DNA of 64,000 nucleotides, from NCBI GenBank assembly GCA_002633005.1, contig NMRA01000002.1, positions 2,136,656 to 2,200,655 of the forward strand, in the 5' to 3' direction. The notes beneath the pieces are model-generated. The model was not told the origin of the DNA, ran no database searches, and worked only from the letters and a program-made list of their open reading frames with translations. This document shows positions 13,927-27,481 of the stretch, one piece after another (within the stretch, counting starts at the first letter, position 1; each line of letters begins with the position of its first letter). A program made the position numbers and the translations under genes. The DNA is from Phoronis australis (lineage: Eukaryota; Animalia; Phoronida).

Positions 13927-15430
13927 ACCACAGCCTCATAACAAGGACTCCATATTTTCATTACGTGTTTAAACTAACGTATATCATTAGATTGTCGCTT
14001 TATACTTCGTTTCAATAATCCTTTAGTACCGTCCAAGTAAACGTCCCGACGTTTGTTTAGGATTGGCCGTAAGACGACGCTGCTTATTGCAATCTTCCTT
14101 CAAGGAGCTTCAGGTGTAGGCTGTGCATTCTCGCCAAATTACATTGTATTCGTCATCCTTCGCTTCTTGATTGGTGCATCGAACTCTGGAATTTTCATGA
14201 CTGCATTCGTCGTGGGTAAGTTGGATATTCAGAATGGTTTAAACAATAACGAGAACTAAATGCTGAGGATGACGATGCAAAGATGGAATGACTTCCACGA
14301 GGGCACGATAACGATAACGTTGACAATGATACATGTACAGTAATAATTACTAAGAGGATGAACAATAAAAACTGTCTGCATCGCCGGCCTAACGGTAAAT
14401 GTTGAGGCAGATATGTGATTCGTCTGCAATGAAAGACATCTTGCAAGTACTTCCTCAGCAAACGACTGAAGCTTATTCGGTAGAAGTCAACGTGACATAC
14501 ATGTGTGAGAAAAAAGAATAAAAAAGGGTAACAAGCCTATCAGTTTGTGTGAAGAACCCGTATTTTTTAGTTCCACTTACATACTGTTTTAGAGATGGAA
14601 TAGTTTGCCTTAACCGTTCACGTAAACACGTCCTACTTCGGTTTTCCCTGTTTACCGTTTCCTACACGACACTGTCTGACATGACGTTCGGCTTAGGCGA
14701 ATGGAAAAAATAAGCTCATAGTATCCGCTATACAGCAGTTGTATAATTTATCGGTGTATCGTAAGCTGGTCAAAGCGTGTATAGTCTTAGAAGCCCGCAC
14801 CTTGACCTGTAGCTATGCCCATTCCGGGAATGTCACCTATGGCAAATCTCTCTCACTGCCGGCACCGACGGTGTTGTTGGAAGGTTGCTGGTTCATAATC
14901 ATCCTCTGACATCACGTAGACTTGGAGACTTGGCAAAGTTTCATAGAGGCAAGAAGTCGCTAAAAAAGCTACTGATGTCGGAGGGTCCCCATGGAAAGCA
15001 ATGTGAACTGATGGGGCTACCCTCATTGTAAATACTACATTAATTCATAAATAAATGATAAATAAATACATGGCGATATCTCNTATTGCTAAACCAAACA
15101 TACACATAATTGTAATAATTATAACTCAGATTCAGAAACAATTAGAAGACAAAATAGCCAGAACAAATTTCAGTAAGAAAACCCAAGTACAAAGGCACAA
15201 AAATATAACAAAATACCTCTATGAGCGTCAATAATATCGCAACTCGTTGAAAACATTGTTCTACATTCATGTCAGAAGGTCAAGTGACGAAAAGAGCACG
15301 AGCACCAACAGCGATGGATGCGCAGGTGGAGGCGGCAGAAGCAGCAGCAATAGCAGCAGCAGCAGCAGCGGCAGCAGCGGCAGCAGCGGCAGCAGCAGCA
15401 GCATCAGCAGCAGCAGCGCAGTAGCAGCAG

Positions 15431-15492
<62 letters not shown>

Positions 15493-18400
15493 ACCACAGC
15501 CTCATAACAAGGACTCCATATTTTCATTACGTGTTTAAACTAACGTATATCATTAGATTGTCGCTTTATACTTCGTTTCAATAATCCTTTCGTACCGTCC
15601 AAGTAAACGTCCCGACGTTTGTTTAGGATTGGCCGTAAGACGACGCTGCTTATTGCAATCTTCCTTCAAGGAGCTTCAGGTGTGGGCTGTGCATTCTCGC
15701 CAAATTACATTGTATTCGTCATCCTTCGCTTCTTGATTGGTGCATCGAACTCTGGAATTTTCATGACTGCATTCGTCGTGGGTAAGTTGGATATTCAGAA
15801 TGGTTTAAACAATAACAGAACTAAATGCTGAGGATGACGATGCAAAGATGGAATGACTTCCACGAGTGCACGATAACGATAACGTTGACAATGATACATG
15901 TACAGTAATAATTACTAAGAGGATGAACAATAAAAACTGTCTGCATCGCCGGCCTAACGGTAAATGTTGAGGCAGATATGTGATTCGTCTGCAATGAAAG
16001 ACATCTTGCAAGTACTTCTTCAGCAAACGACTGAAGCTTATTCGGTAGAAGTCAACGTGACATACATGTTTGAGAAAAAAGAATAAAAAAGGTAACAAGC
16101 CTATCAGTTTGTGTGAAGAACCCGTATTTTTTAGTTCCACTTACATACTGTTTTAGAGATGGAATAGTTTGCCTTAACCGTTCACGTAAACACGTCCTAC
16201 TTCGGTTTTCCCTGTTTACCGTTTCCTACACGACACTGTCTGACATGACGTTCGACTTAGGCGAATGGAAAAAATAAGCTCATAGTATCCGCTATACAGC
16301 AGTTGTATAATTTATCGGTGTATCGTAAGCTGGTCAAAGCGTGTATAGTCTTAGAAGCCCGCACCTTGACCTGTAGCTATGCCCATTCCGGGAATGTCAC
16401 CTGTGGCAAATCTCTCGCACTGCCGGCACCGACGGTGTTGTTGGAAGGTTGCTGGTTCATAATCATCCTCTGACATCACGTAGACTTGGAGACTTGGCAA
16501 AGTTTCATAGAGGCAAGAAGTCGCTAAAAAAGCTACTGATGTCTGAGGGCCCCCATGGAAAGCAATGTGAACTGATGGGGCTACCCTCATTGTAAATACT
16601 ACATTAATTCATAAATAAATGATAAATAAATACATGGCGATATCTCCCGAAGTGGTGTGTGCTCTTTTGTTTCGTGAGATTCTGACCTCTAGACAAGTCA
16701 TGTCTGGATTAAGTCTGGACTGAATTCTGTGCATGTAAGAATTTCGTGAAGGAAGCTAATTTAATTACGTGCTTCGCTTTTGATACATGGCGATATTTCG
16801 TGAAGTCGTGTGTGTTCTTGCGTTTTTTGCAAGGTTCTCGTGTCCACTGAAGGCACGCCTGTGTAATCTTCCGTTTTCGCGAACATCTGGGGTATACGGA
16901 CAGCAAGCCTGGCAAGTGAGTTGGTGAGATTTAACTTCAGCCTGATCGGATAGGGCGTGCCTCCAGAATCTTTCGCACATAACATTGGCTAAAGGTCTAT
17001 GTACTCATATCATTGCTGTTTTGTCAAATCTAAACTCCAACGAAAGTTTTCGCACGTCCATAGCTTTCAGATGCCAGCAATAGGTGGCAAATAGCTCCAC
17101 GGTCACAGACAAACACGTCGAAACTGTAACCCAGCAGTTTTGCAACGGCAACGTTTCGGACACATTAAAATACTACCATTCAGTGCGTTTCATATTAATG
17201 AGTGGTGATGACATTTTAAGGTAGTAAAATGTCACAACCTAGAAGCTGTTTTGTTTTTCCAAATCTCCTGCTTTATTGAAGATAATATCAAAATCAAACA
17301 AAGGCAGGAATGTGTATTTTTCGTAAGATTACTGTCGTTTCTACTCTCCATTTTACTTTCAGGTATGGAGCTAGTGGACCCATCAATGCGTCTCTTTGCT
17401 GGGATAGCAATGGAGTTCTTTTATGGCTGTGGTTTACTTGTTTTAACTGGTCTTGGCTACCTTCTGAGAGAGTGGACTTGGCTTCAACTCTCATATTCTG
17501 CTCCATCATTTCTGTTTCTCTGTTATGTACGGTATGTGTCCACAAACCACCTTTCTTCTTAGTTCTTACTTAATAAACTTCTTCGCTCAAGTTAACTTTG
17601 TTGATTCTAAAAAAATATCGACATCTGATTGGCTACGAGTTTTAGTATGTAAATAAAAGTATCATTGTAACTACTAACGGAAGTCTTAAATCAAACCCTT
17701 CTTAAATTAATAACCAAAGTTCCAAAAACTCATTTTCTTCAACAAAGTTAATTACGATATCTAAGAAGTCGTTTTGTCTTATCAGTTACGACGCTTAATT
17801 AATATGAATTTGAGTACTTTTTGAAAATAAGAACAATATTACGGCCATCAAACGGTAGAGTCTTGGATTAAGTTTAAGTGTGTTTCTGATGATATTAAAG
17901 CTTTATTCCCGAGTCAGCGCGTTGGCTCCTAGCACAAGGTCGCCAAGAAGAAGCCGAGGAAATAATACGCCGCGCAGCCAAGGTAAGCACTTTTCTGAGA
18001 AACACATGCTACATGTAAATATTGCGAACCCAGAAAGCCACTTTTTGTAAACACCATATCTTTATTGTACCTGCACACACAATGGTTGATTGTATTTTTT
18101 CTGTGGCAAGACCAACAAGTGGATCTCACACTACAGTATCAATGTTTTGTGAATCACAAGCGTTCAGCAGCTTATGGTGGGCTTAACTGGTAGTTGAACT
18201 TTAGGTCAAGGTTTAGTTCTCTGATGCCGAAAGTTCCACATGCTTCTTAGACACGTTTCCTCCGACCTTCATGGACATAGAGTCTAATTTATGTACGGAA
18301 CTTTTCGTATAAAGAATTACTCTCTTGTTCCTCGGATGCATGACGTAGGTTACATATCCCACTGTGTCTCCAAGATTTCCAATGTGTACTTGTATTTGTC

Positions 18401-21400
18401 AAAAGCAATTGACTTGTCAATTTCTATTTCTTTTGTTCCGTAGATTGCCTTCTTAAGTGTAGTATTACAATTTGGCAATGTCTCTAATTATATCAACCGT
18501 ATGCGATGCGATTCTTTTACTATTGTCTCAGGAAAATCGTGTGACACTCCCTGAGAAAATTTTCGATGAAGAGCCAGCTGCAGAGACCAATCCCAGTCCG
18601 TCTATGGGTCTTGTACAAAGTATTAAAGAGCTCATTCGTGCACCTAAGCTGCTTATACGCAGTCTTGTTGTCTTTTTCAATTGGTGAGTTTGAACACGAC
18701 AATGTTAGTCACGTGGTCAGTTTGTGAAGAAAAAGAGTGAAGCAGCCTACCGGAAGTCACGTTACCAAAACCTGATGCTAGCAGGGGATGCACGAAAGCT
18801 TCAGAGCACCTGCTATCAAAAATGATTTAAAGCAAAGAAGGCCAGTTTCAAAGACCAGTTTTCGTTATTTACGCAAGTTTCACAAATACGAAGTACCTAT
18901 TGTTTCTAGTTGAGACACTGCTGATTAAAATCACTGCGAAGAGGGAATCCATGAAATAACTACGGGAATGCACAGACAGGCTGGCTAAATTTTGTTATGT
19001 TATTTTGCAGTGATTTTACCAAATTTGAAGTTAAGTTTGTATGAATGCATAGACAAGAAATTTGCGTTATTGTTTCGAACATCAAGCGAGTTTATGGTTA
19101 TATCGATAATAACCACCAGAGGAACTCAAGTGTCCCTTGGCTAAGCCTATACCTGCAGAGATTCGATCAACACGAGATAATAGTCAATTCAGTGCCAAAG
19201 TCAATACGCATGAAAAAAGTAACTAACTCTTTACTATTTCAGGATGGTGGTTACTATGGTATACTACGGGTTATCTCTGAATAGCGGTAACTTGGGAGGA
19301 GATGTGTTTGTCAACTTCATGTTGTCTGGACTCGTCGAATTCCCCGCTTATGCTTTCTGCTTCGCCTGTAAATGGCTGGGCAGAAAATATCCACATGCCG
19401 GCAGTATGGTGCTAGGAGGTCTTGCATGTATCAGCACAATTTTCGTTGTTCTTTATTTTGATTGTGAGTAAAAGTTACTTTCATTTAGGTACTTTTTTCG
19501 CAATCACTTGGCTTATGTAGCGTAGGTGCAGTTAGAGAGGAGTAACTTAGATATGGTGGCCACAAGCATAACCAGGACATGCACGAATGTGACAATCCTG
19601 GTTATTGCGTTTCTTGACACAATAAGTTGAAAGACAAAACGGTCCACATTGATCATTGTGTAAAAACTGTGCTCCCTAGAGTTCTTTTATTTCCCCTGCG
19701 TGTCCAACTATTACTTGGTAATTGTGGAAAATTGAAGTTGTATTTTTTAGCAAACAACGACTGGTTGATTGCCCTCTCAATGACTGGGAAATTTGGCACC
19801 ACCGTGGGATTTTCCATTCTTTACTTCTGGTCTGCCGAGATCTTCCCTACGATTTGTAGGAATGGTTTGATGGGACTGAGCTCTACAGTCGCCCGTGTCG
19901 GTGCTATGGCATGCGCTCCAATTGCGGACTTGGTGGGTACGGGCAAAATTTCGAAATATTCCTGTTGACTTGAGCTGGGCAATTGTTTGATCTTGAATAT
20001 CTCGTTCAACGGGGTTATAGATGAACTCGGTGCTATTATTTGTTTATATGGGTCCATTTTCATGAAAGTGACTTAAGACTTAATACTTAAGACAGAAAAA
20101 TGGTTTAAACGCTCCCGGCCCAATCACAATTGTTTGCAAAAGGTTAAACTGAGTAACAATAAGAGCATCAAAGTCTAGAAATAGTTCACAGACGTTGTCT
20201 CAGTAATTGGTGTTGATGTGTATATAGTTCAGGGACCTTGCACTTTTTCTCAATTCAGATACGATTATATGTTTCCGAAAAAGTTATCAGGAGCTTAAGA
20301 CCGAATTTATGACTAAGCCTTAAGAGACCTTTCATGAAAAAGACCTCTGGAATCCAATGAGGATCCTAGTCCAAAGCAACCAAGCGATGAGGCTTAATGA
20401 GTGTGGGTGACGTTACGCATTGATGACACATGTGCTAAGATTTGCTTCTTAAAAGACAAGCTTGCAGGTCGGACGTATTGTAGCATGTACGTAGAACACA
20501 CAACAGATGGGGTATAATGAAGCTAAAAGTAGCCTTACAGTCGGCGACATCATGGCCTAGATACTCAATACTACAGTCTAGGTTGGCACATCCTTATCAC
20601 TACTGCACGATGAAAGTTTTTATGCAAATTACACTTAACCCAAAGTCACGTTTCTAAATGTACTTTTCGAGTGTAGATGGGCAACATTGGAGGCAGTCAG
20701 AGTCTAAGTCCCTCCATCTCGAACAAGTAATCCCACAATCACCATTTTTCCAAATAATCCTTCGTTCTGCCTCCGAAATCCTATACGGAGACAGTTTTTG
20801 GATCGCTCTTAATTCTCGTACCAGAAACGCCACTTGGCATTTTTCAACGATTTCGTTGACGATTGAAGACACGTATGGGAAATAAGTCTTCAATATCAAA
20901 ATCCTTGTTGGGGTTGGAGGATTTCAAGAACGTTGGCGGCTTCCAAATGTGTCATTCGATGCTCAAAAGATACTTACAACAACGTGACTTAGATTGTTTA
21001 GCCAATGTGTGGCATAAATTGATGAAATCTTCCCGCGTACAGGGTTCCTATGGAATCTATGTTTGAGCTCCGCTCAAGCACGGTAGCACTGTCTAAACTA
21101 CTTGTTGTTCTCCCCGAGTGTGGGAATTATGTCAACGCCTACTCCACTAGGCTATCTTAAGAAATTTAAGAGCATTCATGTACAAGCTTACAAAGCTGGG
21201 AATATCTTCAAGTATACCTTTAGTAGTCTATAAAAAGCGTGTGTCTGTATTTCCCTTGTGGCTTAATAACATAAGATAACCAAAAGATTGCAACCATGAC
21301 AGGGTAAAAGTTTTGGAGGACAATTCGGCGTGGCTTTGCCGCAGATTGTGTTTGGAGGACTCACTATCATCGCCGGACTTTTGTCCCTCATTCTGCCAGA

Positions 21401-22388
21401 AACAACGGGAAGGGAGTTGCCTGAAAGTATAGAAGACAGCAATAACTTTGGCAGGTAGGCTCTTTTTCTTGTATTATTCTATTTGGGGCGCAATTGTCAA
21501 GGTAGCACCGGCCGCCAATTAGTAGTCCTGGCCCGTCATTGGTTGTTTGAACCAAAAAAAAAATAAACGTAATGAATGGCGATTTCTCGAGACGTCCTGC
21601 GTTTTCTCGATTGTATTACTCCAACGGAACGGGTAAATGTTAGTCGCCGGAAACAGCATACATTGGATGCACTTGAACTGACTGCCGGTTCCGCTGGGTC
21701 AACCACCGAGCATATATAGTTGGTCTGTAACCCGGAAGTTGTCTTCGAGAACCAATCCAATGTCTTTGCCTTTTGTCCCGGCCAAACCGGCGAAGTTAAA
21801 CAAGTGAGGCACTGATACCACCTTCAGATATGGGATATAAAAAATATAGATAGAAGGTATGATCTGAGAACGCAGGTGCAGATGCTTAAAGTTGATGATC
21901 ACAATGTGTCCCACAAGCCATCGTCCACGCAATTGGCATTGCATTAAAGTACAAAAAGCTTGTTATTCGTACAACAACCACGGACATGCATACTCTAACC
22001 ATAACTGACGTCATTGACATGTTGGGTATGATTTTAAGGAGACTGATCTGCCTTCTGGTTTGGAGAAGCACAATAAGTAACCAGATCAGACGTTTGGCGG
22101 TTCACGTGTGAAATAGTTTACAGCCAGTGGATCATACGTCCAATGTCTTCTAACAGGATGTCATAGGAACTCTGTATAACCATGAACTGCAAAAGAGGCA
22201 TCATAGCCTTCATGTTTTTTGTGTTTTTTATTTGCACTGCCATTCTGTGTAGGTCTGACAAGGAGAAAGAAAAGCGACCGGATACTGACCTGTACTTGGT
22301 GCCGAGTTACAAGAAACGTGATGCAGAAGAAATAGCGTACAGTAATCCTGCATTGGACAAAGCAGTTGAAGCTGAAGACCGGTTGTAG
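10000..22388 (+). CDS. SLC22-family (organic cation/anion transporter-like) MFS transporter, paralog A, 582 aa, uses exon 5b
   Basis: Exons 10000-10142, 11940-12192, 12850-12953, 14061-14215 (second copy 15627-15781), 17363-17531, 17901-17982, 18532-18683, 19243-19463, 19751-19932, 21303-21454, 22253-22388. Sum is 1749 nt, open frame. Motifs: FDEIL..LG.FGRYQ, NLVC, SDAIGRK, PESARWL, YYGLSLN, EIFPT..R, LPET. Confidence 0.92.
12230..12745. repeat. Degenerate CAT/CAC/CGT trinucleotide low-complexity tract (intron 2 of paralog A)
   Basis: Imperfect (CAY)n runs. A homologous tract lies at 42060-42370 in paralog B. Confidence 0.7.
13373..13505. mobile_element. Small GC-rich element with short TIRs and an internal ~65-bp tandem unit
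   Basis: Ends cacgggcggc / gccgcccatg. The unit cagcactg.aaa..gtggg.gc.atagcccc occurs twice. Confidence 0.35.
13790..13925. repeat. Intronic (CAG/GCA)n microsatellite
   Basis: Long gca runs in intron 3 of paralog A. A longer allele is at ~15332-15490. Confidence 0.9.
14593..14760 (+). pseudogene. Dead alternative exon 5a of SLC22 paralog A (second copy 16157-16324)
   Basis: Flanked by ttttag and gtaagc. Aligns with exon 5a of B and C but has TAG at codon 3, several indels and a length of 168 nt. Confidence 0.8.
14790..15070 (+). mobile_element. Possible SINE/LINE 3' end fragment
   Basis: ccccatggaaagcaatg..gatggggctaccctc hairpin-like segment followed by a (TAAA)n-type tail. Confidence 0.3.
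20050..20347. mobile_element. MITE inserted in intron 9 of paralog A
   Basis: TIRs gggtccattttcatgaaag / ctttcatgaaaaagacctc. It is absent from the homologous intron of paralog B (~48820). Confidence 0.65.
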
Positions 22389-24327
22389 ATTGGGATTATT
22401 TATTTCCATATAGGGCATGGCAAAATAACATAGAATTAGATCAAATTCTCAAGTTAATAGGCCTATTAAAATACACTGTTAGACCCGTTCAGCCGAGCTT
22501 GCGGAATTTTTGTTTTGTTCCGGAATCCGGAAAACACTATGACACCGAGATTCTCTTGTTATTTTGACAAAAATCGTAGTAATCAGAAATGATAAAATAT
22601 TCTCAAGTGATACTTGTCGTTTGGACTTGTAGGTGCAGTAAACTGGCGAAAAAGGAAGGGGTTTCTTAAATTTTCAAGTGAGTCATATAAAAGAAGTTCA
22701 TAATTACATGAATTACCAAAACTATTTTATTTGCAAAAGGCGCCTAAACATGAGCGGAATGTACGTGTTCTATGAACCAAAATAAATTTTATATCATCTC
22801 ACTTTACTCGCAATCGACGGTGAAATTGTTCCAGAAAGCATCAATGACGAGACAGGCTAGTGAATAATTCCACCTCGTTAGAGCATATGCGCGCAGATGT
22901 GCCTATATCCGAATTAACACCTCTTTCCAAGGTACACAATTTTCGCAAGTATTTCGCGTGTAGACGCACGCGCTCAAGCTTCTTGTATAGACACAGGTGG
23001 TTACTCCATACAAAAGCACGTGTGGCAGTTTTCTATTGTTACGAGTCCAATTTTGATGCTTTTCAGGTAAAGAAAAGACATGCATGGTAACAGATAAATC
23101 TAGTAGCTTCACTCACTTGATGCAGCATAAGAAAAAAACCCGGAAACTTGGGCGCATTTGTGGTGTAATTTATGATATTCACTGCGAGGGGGTCGATTTG
23201 GTCAGTTCTATGGACGAGACTGAAACTCTGAAAAGAAGCATGTATCACCATAGAAGAGCTTCTGACGTGAAGGAATTTTGTTTACATACAAGTATCGTTT
23301 GCATGAATTTGACACATGAGTTTCATAATGAAAATGTTGAGATTCTGTACAGAAAAGCAATTTGTTCGACAAAGGGTAACAGGAAGCTATATACATCTAA
23401 GCCATAAGTTATTTCCTCAATACGCTAGATACCAACAGATGTAATTTGTCGCCTCCACGAAAGTACTAGAGTATTGGTTGTGTCACCAGACAAACAAGAT
23501 CCTGCGTGACTGGAGTTCCCGAGGATCTAGGAATCAAGGTCTAACAGACCAGATCCAGGTATTAAAAGTATATTCAATTCGTGTTCGTCGAAATGAAGCT
23601 GGTTATGTAAAACCAGAGGCAATCGTATTTAGCATTTTCGAAGTTTGTATTGAATCTTTATTAACAATCCGTGAAACTCACAGCCCAACAAGAACGTGGA
23701 AATTTTCCTGGCAGGCACAATAATTGACTTCTTCAAACTCATCCTAACCCTTTCCGTCCGATGCTGTTATTTTCGTCGTGCGGCCCAAGCTTAGAATACA
23801 AAATGTTTCGTAGCAGAGATTTCTGACAAAGCTCTCACCAATCGGAGGCCCAGTCATGAGAACTGTGGGACTATTTCACACGGTGGATTCCGGGTCCACA
23901 TGAATCGATGTAATTAATTTCTCAATTTTTGGCAACCAAATTATCGATGACGTTATCACCTTGACAATGAATTCGTCGTCAGTCGACTCGCTGTAGGCGG
24001 GAGTTGGTATTTCGACGCCATGATCGACCAGGGTGGTGGCAGGCAACAACTGTCAAAACTGCACAAATTGCAACAGTTCTTACATAATTTTTCATTGGAG
24101 TTCATTGTACTCGAATTGAATCATATCTGCTGGACAATTCTCACAAAATAAAACTCTGGTTAGGAACCTCACGTAAAATCTCATCCCAGGAAGAGAAGAA
24201 CGAGCTCCGTTCAAAGTGTCGTCTGCTTTGGATGAGAGTTAACGTAAGGTTGCTAACCAGACCGAAATCTTGTGAGAAAGGAAGAGACGAAGGTTTCCGT
24301 TAATCTTCAGTACCACCTTCCTTTTAA

Positions 24328-25973
24328 AGGAGAATGCCACCTGATTTAATTAGTCTTTTTTACCATCTGAATCTGTCTATATCCACACCGCCTCTTATAC
24401 GGTCGACCTCTCCTTGCCGAGAGGTGTCGCGTTAACCTGTGAGGAAGATGGGAAACGACGCAGCGACGTCAGTGGTTCGTCTGCAGAGTGAATGCCGCTA
24501 TATTGCGGTGCATCGTTCCCGCTTGTTCGAACTATGACGCTGCGAAGAAAGCAAATATATCGTTTTTTCGACTTCCTCGAGAGCCCGAAATGCTTAGGAA
24601 GTGACTCGTGGTAGTGAAGAATGAAAGGTACGCTGTTAATAGCAAGTATGAGGCCGTGAAACATCTCCGTGTCTGTGCCGGGCCGGCATTTCGTCGACAG
24701 TGATTTCTCTGACGAATTCCGGCTTACCAAAGAACTATCCATACATTCCGTTGCCTGTGCATGTTCACGGCACCCCTGTAGTATTTCTTGATCAGTGTAT
24801 TCCGGTTCGTATTGATAGCCTGTGAAACCTACCGATCTGACCCGTGAAGTCTTCGTCGGATGAGCTCTTGGCTAACTATAAGTCGGGATTGGCGCCGCCG
24901 GGACGAGATGCCATGTACATGTAGACGTTTATTATTCAGCGTTCTGTTTCAAAATGAATTATTCTCACCCTAACCAATGTTTATATAAAACTGAAACAAA
25001 GTTTGTCTTATTAGATACAATTTGTAATGCCTTTACAGTATTCGTGAGTGCAAATGCTGAGAAGCCACAAATGAATAAACCACTGCGATACCGGCACATG
25101 CTAATTCAGTGTTTGCTGACAGAAAGCTGTCACAGTTTTGAAACAATCACTCGATTTTATATGGTATGGTCACCTGTTAGAGGAATCTTTATTTAGAAAT
25201 ACAAATACAGTATTCAAATCATTGTTACTGTACAACCTTTAAAACCTTTGCCCTGGCAGTTTGTGGAAGGGGAACCCAACTTCGCGGCCCCCGACAAGTA
25301 AGTAGATTTTCAGTTTCGGGTTGCTAATTCACATAAATAATTACGTGCACATTACTTCTTTGACCCACAATTATAGTCTTTTCGTAACTGGAGGTTTAGT
25401 TTCCAACTCAAGCACGTTTATGTTCGTGCCAGTCCCAACGGCCGCGACGGACCTGATCGGGTTCAGAGCCACTGGCCGGGATAACAAGCGTCGGTTTTGT
25501 GTGTTTAGAACTCTAAAAATCACAAGTCTAAACAACACAGTTCTAGGTTCTCTTGTCAGTATTTCACGGAAGAATACTTCGAATTTATCTCCGAACAGAT
25601 CCCAAACTCCTGCTACGGAACTTGGTAACTTGGCCTGCCGAACTTTGTAGGCTACGCCGTGTCCAAACACCAATAAATCCGTAAATAAAATAAAACGTTT
25701 ATATAAGAACTCGGTGTATTTGTAAGGGCTTTACATCGAAGTTTGGTGATTTATTGGTGTTAAACGATGAATTCAAGCGATAAGCTGACACCAGTAACCC
25801 GTGTTGTGAACTGCTGAACAGACTGCGTGTGAAACCAATGATGTCATTGGATAATTTCAACACCGTCGTCTGCCGTCAGGTGTCAGGTAACGCAACCGAA
25901 CGTGCCGTTATCGAGTAGAACTACTCGATCTAAATTGATACAAAATAGGTTGTTTTTTGGGTGGCAATCTCCT
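24328..25973 (-). mobile_element. Kolobok-like non-autonomous DNA transposon
   Basis: TTAA|AGGAGAATGCCACC ... GGTGGCAATCTCCT|TTAA (TTAA TSD, AG..CT ends). The minus strand carries a broken GYQYEPEYTDQE motif typical of Kolobok accessory (KolX/P2X7-tail-like) ORFs. Confidence 0.75.
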
Positions 25974-27481
25974 TTAAAGGAAGTGTGATACGCCGTGGTT
26001 CTAGGAGTTTACTTTTGTGAGTGTTATTGAGCACACCAGATTTAATTCGAATACAATAAACTTTCCTGGATGAATCCACAACTACATTCCTGGGTTTCAT
26101 TGAGGTTCGTTTGCACTAACTTTTTGAACCCTCATATTTGGACAGTTTGTAAAGCTTCCCGGCTAATAAACTGTCGTTATTTTCCTTTGCTATGATTTTT
26201 AGTTTCGCCAACCACATAGAAGTACATAAGTTACATCATGAATATTTTAGATACTTTGTGGACGGCCCACGAAGTTCTTTACACAATGATAACATACAGT
26301 ATGTGGAAACTGACTAAAATAAAAATACATTTAAACGCCGCTTGGAGGGCTCCAAGGATATTTTCCTTCGAAAAATATTTGGATTGCCCCTTATAGCATC
26401 CTAGAGCGGGGGGGGGGTCGCCCACACTGAACGGTGACTTACAGGATGCGGGGATACAGAAAGGTGCGTACTCTCCAATAATTTACAGGTTTGAAGGGGA
26501 AGCCTTCGTTGTAACCGACGAGTGTTGGGTGCGGGGAAGTCGAGAAAAGAAAAACGGCAAAACAAGTAGAAGAGAGAAAAAAAATTAGAGAACATCTATC
26601 ATTACATCAGTGCTGGATTGCCCTTTGGGGACCTTAGTAAGGACGTTTTTATTTGGAAGGGGCCCCAGTTTTTAAAAAAACGACACATCAAAAAAGTGTG
26701 AGAAAAATATATACGCAGATTTTCCAATGGCATGTTTCTAGGGATCGTTATTAGTTTAACGATAGGTGCATGCATGTTAGTACCACACGATTTAAACTAG
26801 CATCAACTCAAAAGGTTTTATAACGAATAGTTTTCAACATTTACAAGAAGGAAATAAGACATGACTCATAGAGACCCTGCTCTAGGCACCCAAAAATTAG
26901 CAGGTCTAGTCTACTTCTTTGCTTGATGACCGTGTTCAGGCTATCACTGAAAACAACCAGAAGTCACGTTAACACGAACAAAATCTGAAAATGTCTTTAG
27001 ACAGTACCCCCACCGTGGGACAACCCATCTTAAGGCCTCTCCCGGTTGCACGTCAAATACAGTGTGTTTGCGTGCACTCATCCCAAAATTGCCAAATTGC
27101 TCATTACCTAAATCGCGGATTTGTAACTTGCTTGCTACTTCAACAACGGTTAACTCAAAATGCCCAATATGTTTTTTTATAATTTCTTTTATCGTGTTGC
27201 CATGTCAAGATTATTACCCTCCGGCAACGTCAAAAAGTATAATAGTTGGCGCTGGACTGTCCCCGACTCATTTTGAAACGGATTACAGAAAACAGAAAAG
27301 GAGACGGTAACAGATGCACTGTGCAGTGCTCGAAATGTCCACAAATCTTGGTTTAACAACACAACTGGCCACACACATGTTAAAAATAATATTCATCATG
27401 AAGGCGCACAATACTACATTACTGACAGCGACTTTTACCACTTGGGTGCTGCGGCCTGTTGTGTATTGTACCATGACATAC

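Larger units (their letters stand above)
13541..16646. repeat. 1.55-kb direct duplication (13541-15082 / 15084-16646) around a single N; probable allelic overlap at an assembly gap
   Basis: The copies differ only by scattered SNPs, small indels and CAG repeat length. The junction is exactly the N at 15083. Confidence 0.85.

Noticed and set aside
13705-13961. Poly-Ser/Ala and poly-Leu ORFs (also 15247-15527)
   Set aside because: Translations of an intronic CAG microsatellite, with no splice or homology support.
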